IMG/VR virus record: IMGVR_UViG_3300043084_000165
Location: 27,704-91,703 of that record
Origin: a virus
Taxonomy: Duplodnaviria; Caudoviricetes
DNA: 64,000 nucleotides
Strand: one strand, 5' to 3'
Of the stretch, positions 20,237 to 29,187 are shown in pieces. How positions within the stretch are numbered: the stretch's first letter is position 1; the number at the start of each line of letters is the position of its first letter. Below the pieces are notes generated by a model. The model saw nothing but the letters and a program-made list of their open reading frames with translations. It made no database searches and was not told the DNA's origin. A program made the position numbers and the translations under genes.

Positions 20237-21076
20237 TTATCTTTTTTCAATGTTTATACAAATCCATTTACCCGCTATTTTGCGTAACCTCATACGAACC
20301 AGGCTGTCCATGAGGATGATGTGCTCACAATCAATTTTGTCCAAACCCATATCATACACCAGACCCTCTGCATCATACAAATCCTCTGCCTTTGGCCAGT
20401 AGCGCTGATATTTTTTATCATTGTTATATAGCGCGCGGACGTGCTTGAGGTTTGATACTTTTTTGGGACCACAGACCTGGGGTTTGACGTGGCAACCAAA
20501 GTAACTCTCAATGTCATATAGGTCAGACATCAAGAACAAAATCTCTGCTGCCTTACCACGGATGTCTATGTGTGATGGGATATCATGGAACATCAGACTT
20601 TCACAATCAAATTCACAATTATACAGCCCTCTGCGCTCGGGATCCCCAACAAACAGCCCCGTAAACACAATGTTGCGGGCTCTTATATAAGTATCCTCAA
20701 GACGGAATGTGTTGGTGTAGTTGGTGACTTTTGAGTTATAGCTCAGGTTAGGACCCCAGGGACAATCAATGCGTTTTGGAAGGGTGTGGCCATATCTAAA
20801 CAGCAAAGTGTGTGCCTGCAGTTCAGTAATACCATAACGTTCCCAGTCGATCTCGTTATATATAACTGTCCGTTTCTCAGATTCGCACCTTAGTACACCT
20901 CCATTCAGGGACCAATCATCCAGGATCAGTCGCATACCCGAGCGTTCGCAACGATTGTCACCGTCTTTAAGAACTCCCACACAAGAGTGACCCGGACCTT
21001 TGGGGTCGTATTCTTTGAAGAACTGTTGCGAAGCAACATCATCCCATACATCAATATTTTGAGTTAATATGCTCAT
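20237..21076 (-). CDS. Hypothetical protein
   Basis: 279-aa ORF behind promoter and structured leader. Confidence 0.65.
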   Translation of the reverse strand: MSILTQNIDVWDDVASQQFFKEYDPKGPGHSCVGVLKDGDNRCERSGMRLILDDWSLNGGVLRCESEKRTVIYNEIDWERYGITELQAHTLLFRYGHTLPKRIDCPWGPNLSYNSKVTNYTNTFRLEDTYIRARNIVFTGLFVGDPERRGLYNCEFDCESLMFHDIPSHIDIRGKAAEILFLMSDLYDIESYFGCHVKPQVCGPKKVSNLKHVRALYNNDKKYQRYWPKAEDLYDAEGLVYDMGLDKIDCEHIILMDSLVRMRLRKIAGKWICINIEKR

Positions 21077-21104
21077 AGTCTTTTGAATTTACTGTTCGAA
21101 GATA

Positions 21105-21149
21105 TATTGAGCGGAGCTCAACTAGATTCGAGCTATACTCGAAGATATA
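21105..21149 (-). other. Conserved structured leader element (homologous to 42541-42581)
   Basis: TCTTCGAG-TATA-GCTC-GAATCTAGTTGAGC-TCC-GCTCAATA versus TCTTCGAG-CAC-GCTC-TAATCCAGTTGAGC-AGA-GCTCAATA. Confidence 0.6.
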
Positions 21150-21177
21150 GTTCTATAGATTTGAGAGCTGAGCTCTC

Positions 21178-21211
21178 AGAGATATATAACAAAAGGAGCT
21201 CCAATATTTAA
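21178..21211 (-). promoter_or_regulatory. Phage promoter TTAAA-N18-TATAT
   Basis: Consensus match; overlaps terminator hairpin 21189-21230. Confidence 0.7.
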
Positions 21212-21231
21212 TTGAAACTCCTTTTTGTTTT

Positions 21232-21609
21232 TCAAAATTTTTTCACAAGTGCTATCCCGTGGGTGAATTGTGCAACTTCTTCGTAACCACGGCGCTTATA
21301 CCATTCAAGAATCCATAGATCAGAGTCTCGTTCGTCCCAGTCAATTTCAACAGTGTCGACACCATAGGTATTTCTGAGCATATTTTCCATTGTTTCAAGA
21401 GCCCAGGACCCATGATTGTGACCCCGCACTGATTCGTTTACATATAATGAACATATATATGCTCGAATCTTCACATCAGTGGTTGGAATAGTCATGGGTT
21501 CATTGTATACAAACGCCTGAACACTCACCCCAAACTCTGAAAGCAAGAGCAGGCGCCTATGATCGTGCCATTCCTGCTCTTGAAATAATGTTTGAAATAC
21601 GTCACACAT
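21232..21609 (-). CDS. GNAT-family acetyltransferase
   Basis: YICSLYVNESVRGHNHG (motif A), WYKRRGY (motif B). Confidence 0.8.
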   Translation of the reverse strand: MCDVFQTLFQEQEWHDHRRLLLLSEFGVSVQAFVYNEPMTIPTTDVKIRAYICSLYVNESVRGHNHGSWALETMENMLRNTYGVDTVEIDWDERDSDLWILEWYKRRGYEEVAQFTHGIALVKKF

Positions 21610-21611
21610 GA

Positions 21612-22586
21612 TTAGGTCAACTGTTCAAGTTCGCGGATCTCTGCGGAGGTTACCTCTGACGTAAACTTAGAGTCTTTAATTCCTTTGGTAATCAGGCCAA
21701 TTACCGAGCTCTGGTGTAAGCTCTCTGCGTGACACATGAGAACCTTGTAGTCGAGAATGCGTGCGTCTGTATCCAGTTCTTTGGCGAGCACACGGGTGGC
21801 GTCTTCGATGAACTTCTGATAGGTGTAATTGAGTACTGCGAACTCAGCCTCATCCTCACGCTTCACAATCGCCTGACACTCTGTAACCAACGAATTGCGG
21901 CAGTGGTCAATGATATCCTCAATCCATACCATATCCTCAAACTCAATGGTTACAGCTGCTGTGGAGCGCTGAGAATGGGGATTGGCACCAACACCACGAA
22001 CCTCACCAACATAACGCGACAGTGCGGTAGAACACTTACATGCGCTTGAGTACTGCCAATAAACAGTGAGTTTCTTTGTAAACTGACCTGCGCGATCCAG
22101 TGATGCATCCAGTACACAGTGAACAATGTAGTAACCAACATTCGGGTTGCCTGCATCATCTACAGATACCAGCGAGTTCTGAGTGACGTAATAGTCAAAC
22201 TCAAGCTTGAGGTTGGTGTTGAATGATTCCTGATCCTTCTGATACTGTTTGAGAATGGCTTCCAGGTGGTTAATGTCAAACACCTCATCCTTTGACTTAT
22301 AGAAGGTGCGGATGATGCGCGACATATTCAGACCCAGCTTGTAGGACTGCACATCGCAGAAACCATGAATAGATGCAAGAACTGTTTGAGTGCCACCATC
22401 ACGCTGAGAGATAGTCAACGGAACTCTGAAGTTGGAGATACCAACCATATCAATATAGCGACCCTCGAACTCGGAGTTCTGCATGTCCGGCATGTTATCG
22501 AGATATTCCTGGGTGGGAACAAACTTGCCATAGAACGGCACGAGATCGCTTACTTTTACTTCTGATTTACTCATATATGTTATCAA
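21612..22586 (-). CDS. folE2: GTP cyclohydrolase type IB
   Basis: MPDMQN, IDMVGI, GLNMSR, YSSACKCS, PHSQRS, VKREDE, KFIEDATR, ESLH. Confidence 0.9.
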   Translation of the reverse strand: MITYMSKSEVKVSDLVPFYGKFVPTQEYLDNMPDMQNSEFEGRYIDMVGISNFRVPLTISQRDGGTQTVLASIHGFCDVQSYKLGLNMSRIIRTFYKSKDEVFDINHLEAILKQYQKDQESFNTNLKLEFDYYVTQNSLVSVDDAGNPNVGYYIVHCVLDASLDRAGQFTKKLTVYWQYSSACKCSTALSRYVGEVRGVGANPHSQRSTAAVTIEFEDMVWIEDIIDHCRNSLVTECQAIVKREDEAEFAVLNYTYQKFIEDATRVLAKELDTDARILDYKVLMCHAESLHQSSVIGLITKGIKDSKFTSEVTSAEIRELEQLT

Positions 22587-22600
22587 TTTTTAATGCTTAA

Positions 22601-22628
22601 ATATAGTTTATTGGTGCGGTTGGTTTAA
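22601..22628 (-). promoter_or_regulatory. Phage promoter for folE2-GNAT
   Basis: TTAAA-N18-TATAT. Confidence 0.65.
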
Positions 22629-23095
22629 TCCATAATGACCAGTCCCGGCTCTTTATCTGCAAGCACTCCCCACAGTCCCACTGAGCGTAGAGTGGTAGCA
22701 ATGTCCAGCGCAAGGTGTTTCGGAAGTTCACTTTCTTTCTCAATGAACTGCTCATAGGCGGTTTTCGGTGAGGACTCTTTGGTGAATCGTGAGCACTCCC
22801 AGTCAATCACAAGTGCGAGTGCGTCAATGTCGCGGCGACGTTTATCAAGAGTTGCTTCTCTGTAGTATTCTTTGTGATGCGCGCGATGAGTTCTGTGCCA
22901 GTGCTGCACCCAGTCATAGGGCGAACTTTTTCTGAGTACATACTTTGCCCATAACAGCAAGAACGGCTTCTCTACATCGTGTAAGAGGAATCGCGGTCTC
23001 CATACTCGAAGATTGAGTGCTGTCATCTGATAGGCGCACCAATGAGCAGCTGTATATGCAAAACCTGCTCGTTCGTCTCGGGTGAATTTTCTCAT
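22625..23095 (-). CDS. HD-like phosphohydrolase (DUF5662-like)
   Basis: H...LLHDVEK...HRTHRAHHKEY...VIDWE metal-binding pattern. Confidence 0.6.
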   Translation of the reverse strand: MRKFTRDERAGFAYTAAHWCAYQMTALNLRVWRPRFLLHDVEKPFLLLWAKYVLRKSSPYDWVQHWHRTHRAHHKEYYREATLDKRRRDIDALALVIDWECSRFTKESSPKTAYEQFIEKESELPKHLALDIATTLRSVGLWGVLADKEPGLVIMD

Positions 23096-23126
23096 TGTTG
23101 TTACAATTTAGATGTTGAATGATTTA

Positions 23127-23154
23127 ATATAGAAAAAGCCCAACCATGGTTTAG
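23127..23154 (-). promoter_or_regulatory. Phage promoter within terminator hairpin
   Basis: CTAAA-ccatggttgggctttttc-TATAT. Confidence 0.65.
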
Positions 23155-23169
23155 ATAGTTGGGCTTGGG

Positions 23170-23280
23170 AAATGGGTTATGGTGATGGGTTAATTGGCTG
23201 ATTATCAGCGTTGTAGCGCTGTAACAGCGCCGTGGTGACAATATTTTGCTCTTATATAGTTTAATAATGGTGATGGTTAA
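23170..23280. repeat. Dispersed intergenic element family II, copy 2
   Basis: ATGGTGATGG x2, CTGATTATCAG palindrome, GGTGACAATA, TTTGCTCTTATATA. Confidence 0.6.
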
Positions 23281-24701
23281 CGGTCTGGGTGACGTCGTCG
23301 GTCGTCCCAAAACATTGTGATTCCGAGTTTGTTCGTGTACTTCTGCACAGACTCCTTTGAGATGTCTTGCATAAGTGGTGCGTAACAGTAGCAGTATGTA
23401 TTGAGTTGCTTGATATCCTTGTTGTTATCACATAGGTTGTGAATAGCCTTGTACATGTTCCAGTACTCAGAGTCGGGATCAGAGGTGAGCTTGTCTTTGT
23501 CTTTATCCATGAGTAAGTCAAGAACAGTAAATACTACACGATGCTTGTGCCATTTCTTATCATCCTCCTGAGCGTCTTTATATGCTTGCTCCAACCCCTC
23601 AAGATGCTTTTTGACATAACTTTCATAACCCTCCACTTTAGATTTGGTGGTAGAAGAGTCCTGATCAAGCAACTTAAAGGATCCACCGAAGCCTTTGGTT
23701 GGTTCATAATCATGCACATCATGTTCCTCGTTGAACTCTGCGAGCTTCTGTTCGCGTTCCGAGCGAGACTCGATCTTCAGGATGTCCTCAAGCTTTTCAA
23801 ATTCCTTCTTGTCATCTGCGCTGAGACAACCCTTTAGCAAGCGTCTATAACGCTCAGAGAACTCAGGAACCTGCAAAATACGCATGTGCATCAGACCCAG
23901 GTGATTGTTATATTCTTTCTTATACTTTGCAATCATCTTCTTGTCAAACTCTGGGTCGTTGACTATATGTAACCATGACTGTGCACCTTCGATATCTTTA
24001 TCATACAACATCTGTGCCCATTCCTGAGTGTAGGGGGTTTGCATAACCACAACCACATGCTTATAACCCATCTTTTTAACATAGGTTAAAAAGCGGGCCG
24101 CACAAACCCAGGTGTACTTTTTTGCGATGTCTGGTTTTTCAGCGAAGTGGTCCCATTCGTCGTAACGATATGGATAGTACTGGGAGCACTCAAGCGGTAT
24201 GATACCGGGGTTGGAAATGCAGGCGCAGTCTGTAAACGCTCTATACCTGTCCAGGAAAAGATTCTTGCGGATCTTTGAGTCAACATATGGTTTTGAGTTA
24301 GAACACTCAAACACGGTCAACACATCACGCAGACGTTTATTTTCTGATAGACAGAACTCAGTCAGCGTCCAATAGTGCGGGTGCATGAGCTGGTATTCGG
24401 TCTCACCAATCAGTCCATCCAGGTCCCACTTATCACGGGGAATGACCTCTTCTGAGGCTTTGAGAATGGGTACGCAAACGTCTTTTGCATATGCGATGAT
24501 ACCAGCACGTTTGTGGTCGCCGGTGATGTTATATTTACGTGTCAACTTTTCAAATCGTGACTTGAAATGTTTCGCCCACAGATACTTGTGCATGCCAATC
24601 TTGTAATAAATGGCATTGTCAGAGGTGGGAGAGTCTGACGATTCATTTATTGAGTCTATGGAACTCGTGTGGTTCCATAGGTATTCCGAAATGTCGTACA
24701 T
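23277..24701 (-). CDS. ArcS/DUF5591-like protein (archaeosine synthase catalytic-domain homologue)
   Basis: LTVFECSNSKPYVDS and ISNPGIIPLECSQYYPYRYD resemble ArcS PCSxxKPYSxS and TSPxGxVPxExExxYP; lies between queE and folE2. Confidence 0.6.
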   Translation of the reverse strand: MYDISEYLWNHTSSIDSINESSDSPTSDNAIYYKIGMHKYLWAKHFKSRFEKLTRKYNITGDHKRAGIIAYAKDVCVPILKASEEVIPRDKWDLDGLIGETEYQLMHPHYWTLTEFCLSENKRLRDVLTVFECSNSKPYVDSKIRKNLFLDRYRAFTDCACISNPGIIPLECSQYYPYRYDEWDHFAEKPDIAKKYTWVCAARFLTYVKKMGYKHVVVVMQTPYTQEWAQMLYDKDIEGAQSWLHIVNDPEFDKKMIAKYKKEYNNHLGLMHMRILQVPEFSERYRRLLKGCLSADDKKEFEKLEDILKIESRSEREQKLAEFNEEHDVHDYEPTKGFGGSFKLLDQDSSTTKSKVEGYESYVKKHLEGLEQAYKDAQEDDKKWHKHRVVFTVLDLLMDKDKDKLTSDPDSEYWNMYKAIHNLCDNNKDIKQLNTYCYCYAPLMQDISKESVQKYTNKLGITMFWDDRRRHPDR

Positions 24702-24724
24702 TGTTATAGATATATATACAATAA

Positions 24725-24755
24725 TAGAGCGAAGCTCCTGACGAACTTCGCTCTG
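24725..24755 (-). terminator. Hairpin downstream of queE
   Basis: TAGAGCGAAG ... CTTCGCTCTG stem. Confidence 0.5.
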
Positions 24756-24775
24756 TACTATAGATCTGATGCGGG

Positions 24776-25579
24776 TTACACCCCACGCTTGTCATTCCAT
24801 ATTCTGATGTGTAAGCGGTCGCAGAACCTCCAGCCGGTCCTGATGCATGCATTAACGGTTTCTTTGGATTTTGCTTCAAGCTGCTGGATGGTCGCACCCT
24901 CAGGCATGAGCATGATGTGTTGATCCAGATGATCAATATCCCATTCGGCACGGGTCCCATACTTGTCGGTGAGTGTATCGTTCAAACGTGCTGCGATATC
25001 ATAAATCTCACACAATGAATCTTCGCCTGAGTATACAAACTTGAGTTGATAGTCAGATTCAGCCTCGTGGATGATTGTTGCCAGAGCATCGAGGTTGATG
25101 CGCTTTGACTTATGAGCCTCCTGACGAGCTTTGGGGATATCAGTTCCCTCAAAGTGGCAACTCGTTGAGAGCTTTGGAGATACTGACCAAAAGATCCCCT
25201 CCACCATCAGCTCGGGTTTGGGTGTAATGGTGCCGTTGGTCTCAATGGTGATGAAGTTATACATACCCTGGGCTCGCATACCGGCGATCAAATCAATAAG
25301 AGAGTCCTGTTGACAAAGCGGCTCACCGCCAGTGATTACGATGTGACACATATCCGCTACTGTATCCTTTAACAACCCCTTAACCGCCTTGATGACCTCT
25401 TCAGTGGTCATGATCTTAGACTTCTCCGGGTTGATGGATGTATAAGGTGTGTCACACGTGGAGCCTCCCTGGAATGCGCAGCACAGGTTACATCCGTTCA
25501 ATCGAATAAATACTGAGGGTGCACCTGTATACTTTCCCTCACCCTGAATGGTGGGACCGAAAATTTCGTTAATATTCAT
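24776..25579 (-). CDS. queE: 7-carboxy-7-deazaguanine synthase (radical SAM)
   Basis: EIFGPTIQGEG..G.PSVFIRLNGCNL, CDT, ITGGEP, IETNG, SVSPKL, LKFV, RLHI.IW. Confidence 0.95.
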   Translation of the reverse strand: MNINEIFGPTIQGEGKYTGAPSVFIRLNGCNLCCAFQGGSTCDTPYTSINPEKSKIMTTEEVIKAVKGLLKDTVADMCHIVITGGEPLCQQDSLIDLIAGMRAQGMYNFITIETNGTITPKPELMVEGIFWSVSPKLSTSCHFEGTDIPKARQEAHKSKRINLDALATIIHEAESDYQLKFVYSGEDSLCEIYDIAARLNDTLTDKYGTRAEWDIDHLDQHIMLMPEGATIQQLEAKSKETVNACIRTGWRFCDRLHIRIWNDKRGV

Positions 25580-25581
25580 AA

Positions 25582-26190
25582 TTACTGTGCTTTGGGTAAA
25601 ACAATCTGTTGTTTAATAGTCGGGTTGGTCACATTTGCACCATCACCAAAGAACATGTTATAGAGCCCCTTCGACCAGCTCTTCAGTACTCCTGTTGAGA
25701 ATCCGATCTGCGGAATCCACAGGTCATTCCAAAGATGCTTCACATCATCCACATCGGCAGTGGCGCGACCAGTTGCAGTCTCATGAACTGTCACAGACTT
25801 AACCTTCAGATCCGGATCCTCGCCATTGGCTGTTATGGTGTGTTCCATGATGAACTGAACCATGCGCAAGAAGAAGACTGACAACATCTCCGCAGACGGG
25901 TTGAACGGAACCATCACCCAGCGATCATTATGATTTTGGAAGAACTTCACATACTCGTCCGAATCTGTTGAGCAGATCACATGACAGTGGTCAAAGGTAT
26001 CAATAAACTCCTTGATAGTGCCTTTCATCAAGCCGAAATCATACAGCATCTCTGCATTGTCCAGCTTGCGACCCTCGAACGTGAGTTCAAGCTTATATGA
26101 ATGACCATGCACACTGTGCGAACAACGATCCGAAGTACAGTTGCGCACCACATGCGAACCTTCGAAGTTGAAAATTTTTGTTATCTCCAT
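25582..26190 (-). CDS. queD: 6-carboxytetrahydropterin synthase
   Basis: FEGSH..C..HGHSY, DFG, FDH, NPSAE, VHET. Confidence 0.92.
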   Translation of the reverse strand: MEITKIFNFEGSHVVRNCTSDRCSHSVHGHSYKLELTFEGRKLDNAEMLYDFGLMKGTIKEFIDTFDHCHVICSTDSDEYVKFFQNHNDRWVMVPFNPSAEMLSVFFLRMVQFIMEHTITANGEDPDLKVKSVTVHETATGRATADVDDVKHLWNDLWIPQIGFSTGVLKSWSKGLYNMFFGDGANVTNPTIKQQIVLPKAQ

Positions 26191-26213
26191 GTCTTAAAAA
26201 TTTATATGTAAGA

Positions 26214-26241
26214 ATATATATCATTGAGCATCAGGATTTAG
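26214..26241 (-). promoter_or_regulatory. Phage promoter for queD-queE
   Basis: CTAAA-N18-TATAT overlapping the end of the upstream gene. Confidence 0.65.
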
Positions 26242-26982
26242 CATTTCTTTCAGGCTTTTAGCCTCGCTAAAGTCCATTGTTACCCCCACACCAGTTACTT
26301 TCTTTATATAACGCTCCGGAGTTGTCACCTCCTTGTTGTTCATGTCATATACCTGTACCGGCTTAGAACACTGGGTGAGCATGCAAATCGGGTTGTGGGT
26401 CACACAAAGTATAGTTTGGAACTTTTTTGCAATAGTTTCGTTCCAGGTCATCTGCATACGAATGTCCAGACCCTCATCAATCTCATCAATGATAATCAGC
26501 GGATACCAGGCCTCACCAGCGGCGATAGTCTTGTCGCGAATGTCAATAATCTTGCGGATGAAGCGCACGAACTGAATCATAGTGGATTCGCCGCGAGAGC
26601 GTCTCATGGCGATCATACCCCCACCACAGACTAAACCTCCTGCTGTTGCAGCGTTGATAAAACTTGTCGGATCATCTGCCTGTGCGTCAAAACTGAAGAT
26701 GTGAGTGAAGGGGGTGTCAGTTTCAATGGTTATATCCTTGTCGCGAATGACCCACTGACCATCTTCAATGCGGTTGTCCACCATACCTTCAAAACTCTTT
26801 TGACGATCTTTGGCAAGCGAGTCATTAGTGGCGCGGAGCGCACGAAGAATTGTTGACTTTCCACAACCATTAGTGCCGGTGACATATGTGATACCGTCCT
26901 GCACAGGAATTGTAAAGGTTTCCCCTGCTTTGAACTTGCGGTAATCCTTATTGATTTTGACTGTGATCCTGTTTTCTAACAT
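26221..26982 (-). CDS. Stand-alone ABC/SMC-type ATPase
   Basis: GTNGCGKS, signature-like SRGES, IIIDEIDEGLD, VTH. Confidence 0.8.
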   Translation of the reverse strand: MLENRITVKINKDYRKFKAGETFTIPVQDGITYVTGTNGCGKSTILRALRATNDSLAKDRQKSFEGMVDNRIEDGQWVIRDKDITIETDTPFTHIFSFDAQADDPTSFINAATAGGLVCGGGMIAMRRSRGESTMIQFVRFIRKIIDIRDKTIAAGEAWYPLIIIDEIDEGLDIRMQMTWNETIAKKFQTILCVTHNPICMLTQCSKPVQVYDMNNKEVTTPERYIKKVTGVGVTMDFSEAKSLKEMLNPDAQ

Positions 26983-26987
26983 GACGT

Positions 26988-27200
26988 TTACGAATTTGCG
27001 CGGTTAACTAATTCTTCCTGGATTCCTGAGTCTACATCGGCCCAAAATGCTGCAGCAGCACCAATCATTCCCTCGGTTCTACAAAGACTCATCCATTTGA
27101 GCCATATGTATTCTGCTCTGTCACCGAAGAGGCTCTTGCACTCGTCTTCGCTCCATGTATTCCACATGTACTTGAGGTAGTTGTCTATAATCTTTCTCAT
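26988..27200 (-). CDS. Hypothetical protein
   Basis: 70-aa ORF behind promoter. Confidence 0.6.
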   Translation of the reverse strand: MRKIIDNYLKYMWNTWSEDECKSLFGDRAEYIWLKWMSLCRTEGMIGAAAAFWADVDSGIQEELVNRANS

Positions 27201-27231
27201 AATGTTCTTGTATGCGCTTTAGTGCGCTCTC

Positions 27232-27265
27232 GAAGATATATAACAAAGGTAGACTATATATTTAG
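27232..27265 (-). promoter_or_regulatory. Phage promoter CTAAA-N18-TATATATCTTC
   Basis: Consensus match. Confidence 0.75.
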
Positions 27266-27283
27266 TGTTAGAATCAAAAATTT

Positions 27284-27377
27284 GCGCATTTATTTGCGCT
27301 ATATGCGCATCAAATAAAAAAGGTGAAGACTTATATTGTCTCCACCTAGATCGCTCGTTAGAGCGCATTAAAATATG
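27284..27377. repeat. Palindromic dispersed element family I, copy C
   Basis: GCGCATTTATTTGCGCT...GGTGAAGAC/GTCTCCACC hairpin...GTTAGAGCGCATTAAAATA; termini shared with copies A and B. Confidence 0.75.
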
Positions 27378-27386
27378 TTATGTGAA

Positions 27387-27845
27387 TTACTGCGCTGCAA
27401 GTACCTGATTGAACAACGCTGCAATCTCCCCACCCTGCGCAAGAGGAAGTTTGTTGCGAACCGCTGTCATAAGCGCCTTCATATCTCGTTTAGACAGCAC
27501 ATAGTCCGGTTTGTCTGCAAGGTACTCCTCGATAGCCTCTGTGAGAGCATCACGAACCTCCTCGGTTGTGGGTCCCTTAGGAATGAACTGCTCCAGTACC
27601 TCCAGTTCGGCGCGCTCAGCAGCGGCCAGATCTGCACGTCCTCCAGCTTCGTACTGTGTAATAGAGTCTTTGCGTTGTGCTGCCATCTTGAGCAGGATCT
27701 TATTCTTAGTCTCCTGGTTGATGGTTGCTCCTGACTTCTCTGCGTTGACAAACTCACACTTGATGAGCTTATATATCTCCAGTTCAGGTGAACGCGCTTT
27801 AGTTGCCTGAATGATCAGGTTGTCAATATCTTGTTTTAGTGCCAT
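27387..27845 (-). CDS. yqeY: GatB/YqeY-domain protein
   Basis: QRKDSITQYEAGGRADLAAAERAELEVLEQFIPK, DMKALM. Confidence 0.85.
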   Translation of the reverse strand: MALKQDIDNLIIQATKARSPELEIYKLIKCEFVNAEKSGATINQETKNKILLKMAAQRKDSITQYEAGGRADLAAAERAELEVLEQFIPKGPTTEEVRDALTEAIEEYLADKPDYVLSKRDMKALMTAVRNKLPLAQGGEIAALFNQVLAAQ

Positions 27846-28704
27846 ATTCTCTAAATTTATTTACGTTACGAATGATTAAGTCTTTGGTTTTCTGCGACAA
27901 GCGCTTAGTCATGAAGTCATCGATGATGATGTCCGGTTTGGTTGGCTCCTCTTCCAGCTCATAACCAGCAATTCCACACTTGACAGGATAACCAGTGTCG
28001 ATGGTCTTTATGTAGTTCCCATATAACTTCTTTTCCATGGGACAATGTGAGCCCAGCAAGTGCACATGATGGAACTTCTTGAGCAACAACTCAGCCTGTT
28101 TAACGAAGCGAACTCGGCCCGCTGCATAACGCATATCATCTGTACCCCAAACATGACCACCATCATCAGCCATATTATTCACAAACATCTCCATGGCATT
28201 GTTGTCGGGACACTGTTTATAGAATGAATTGTGAAATGGAATGGCTACGTATTTGAGTCTTTCATTGTAATACAACATCAGGCAATCAAACAATTCATCG
28301 GCAGTGTTGCCCTGCGCTACAGCCAAAGGCTTCGGGATGTAATGGGCACTGAATGCAAACGAATGGATAATGTCTGAGAAATAATACTGGCTCAGGAATT
28401 TGAACGTTTTATCAATTGTCTTATCCTTGTCCATGAGCACATCGGGAAGAATGAATAAGTCTGGTCGCAGGTCAATGATAGCATCCGCATATTCAGCTAA
28501 GTCCAGAGTCTCTCCTTTTACATAGAACTCATAAGCCGAGTTGTCAAAGATCATCAGGCGACCCGGATTCTCATGCCTCATCCTCTTGTAGTACTCACGG
28601 TACTTAGGATACTGCTTATATAGGTGGAAAAGAACAAAATCATATTCATTGAGCTCCATGTTCATATCGAGCATGGTAAGCGGGAGTTCTGAGTTAATCT
28701 TCAT
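27823..28704 (-). CDS. TGT-fold DNA transglycosylase-like protein (DpdA-like)
   Basis: IFDNSAYE, ILPDVL, VAQG, HVHLLG, TIDTG match the ordered TGT/DpdA barrel motifs (DSG.F, D, V.QG, H.LG, S.DS); near que genes. Confidence 0.7.
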   Translation of the reverse strand: MKINSELPLTMLDMNMELNEYDFVLFHLYKQYPKYREYYKRMRHENPGRLMIFDNSAYEFYVKGETLDLAEYADAIIDLRPDLFILPDVLMDKDKTIDKTFKFLSQYYFSDIIHSFAFSAHYIPKPLAVAQGNTADELFDCLMLYYNERLKYVAIPFHNSFYKQCPDNNAMEMFVNNMADDGGHVWGTDDMRYAAGRVRFVKQAELLLKKFHHVHLLGSHCPMEKKLYGNYIKTIDTGYPVKCGIAGYELEEEPTKPDIIIDDFMTKRLSQKTKDLIIRNVNKFREYGTKTRY

Positions 28705-29187
28705 TTACTTGCGTTGTTTATCGTTCTGAAACTGACCTTCATAGGTGTTCTCCACTGGAGCGGTCTCTGTGACAATTGCCTGAGCGATACGGGCACCCCG
28801 GTCGATGATTGTCGGACGAAGTACCTGCAAGAAACATCCTCCCTTCTCGGTCTGGAACCCTGCATCAAACTGACCTGAATGAACTAGCACTCCATTGCGT
28901 ACTAGGGAGCTGCGAGTATGAAATCTCAGTGCTGCGTTGTTAGGCACTTTAATGCCTTCCATGAGTTCCGCCTCATAGTAACCAGGATCTAACAACCAGC
29001 TGCCATCTTTGGGCTCAATCTTGCTGGTTTCAGGAAGTGAAGTCTTGCCTTGTGCAGGGACATAACCCACACCCGACAATCTATATAGCGCACTAATGCG
29101 CACATCTATACCTTGCTGCTGAACAGCATTCTCTGCATAGTTCGAAACAATTCCTGCCTCGACTATTTGTTTTCCGGTGTATTGCAT
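28705..29187 (-). CDS. Trimeric dUTPase/dCTP deaminase family
   Basis: GIDVR, TRSSLVRNG, FDAGF, RIAQ, YEGQFQ. Confidence 0.8.
   Translation of the reverse strand: MQYTGKQIVEAGIVSNYAENAVQQQGIDVRISALYRLSGVGYVPAQGKTSLPETSKIEPKDGSWLLDPGYYEAELMEGIKVPNNAALRFHTRSSLVRNGVLVHSGQFDAGFQTEKGGCFLQVLRPTIIDRGARIAQAIVTETAPVENTYEGQFQNDKQRK

Noticed and set aside
26221-26982. ABC ATPase as a QueC substitute
   Set aside because: It has Walker/ABC motifs, not the SGGxDS PP-loop and Cys cluster of QueC
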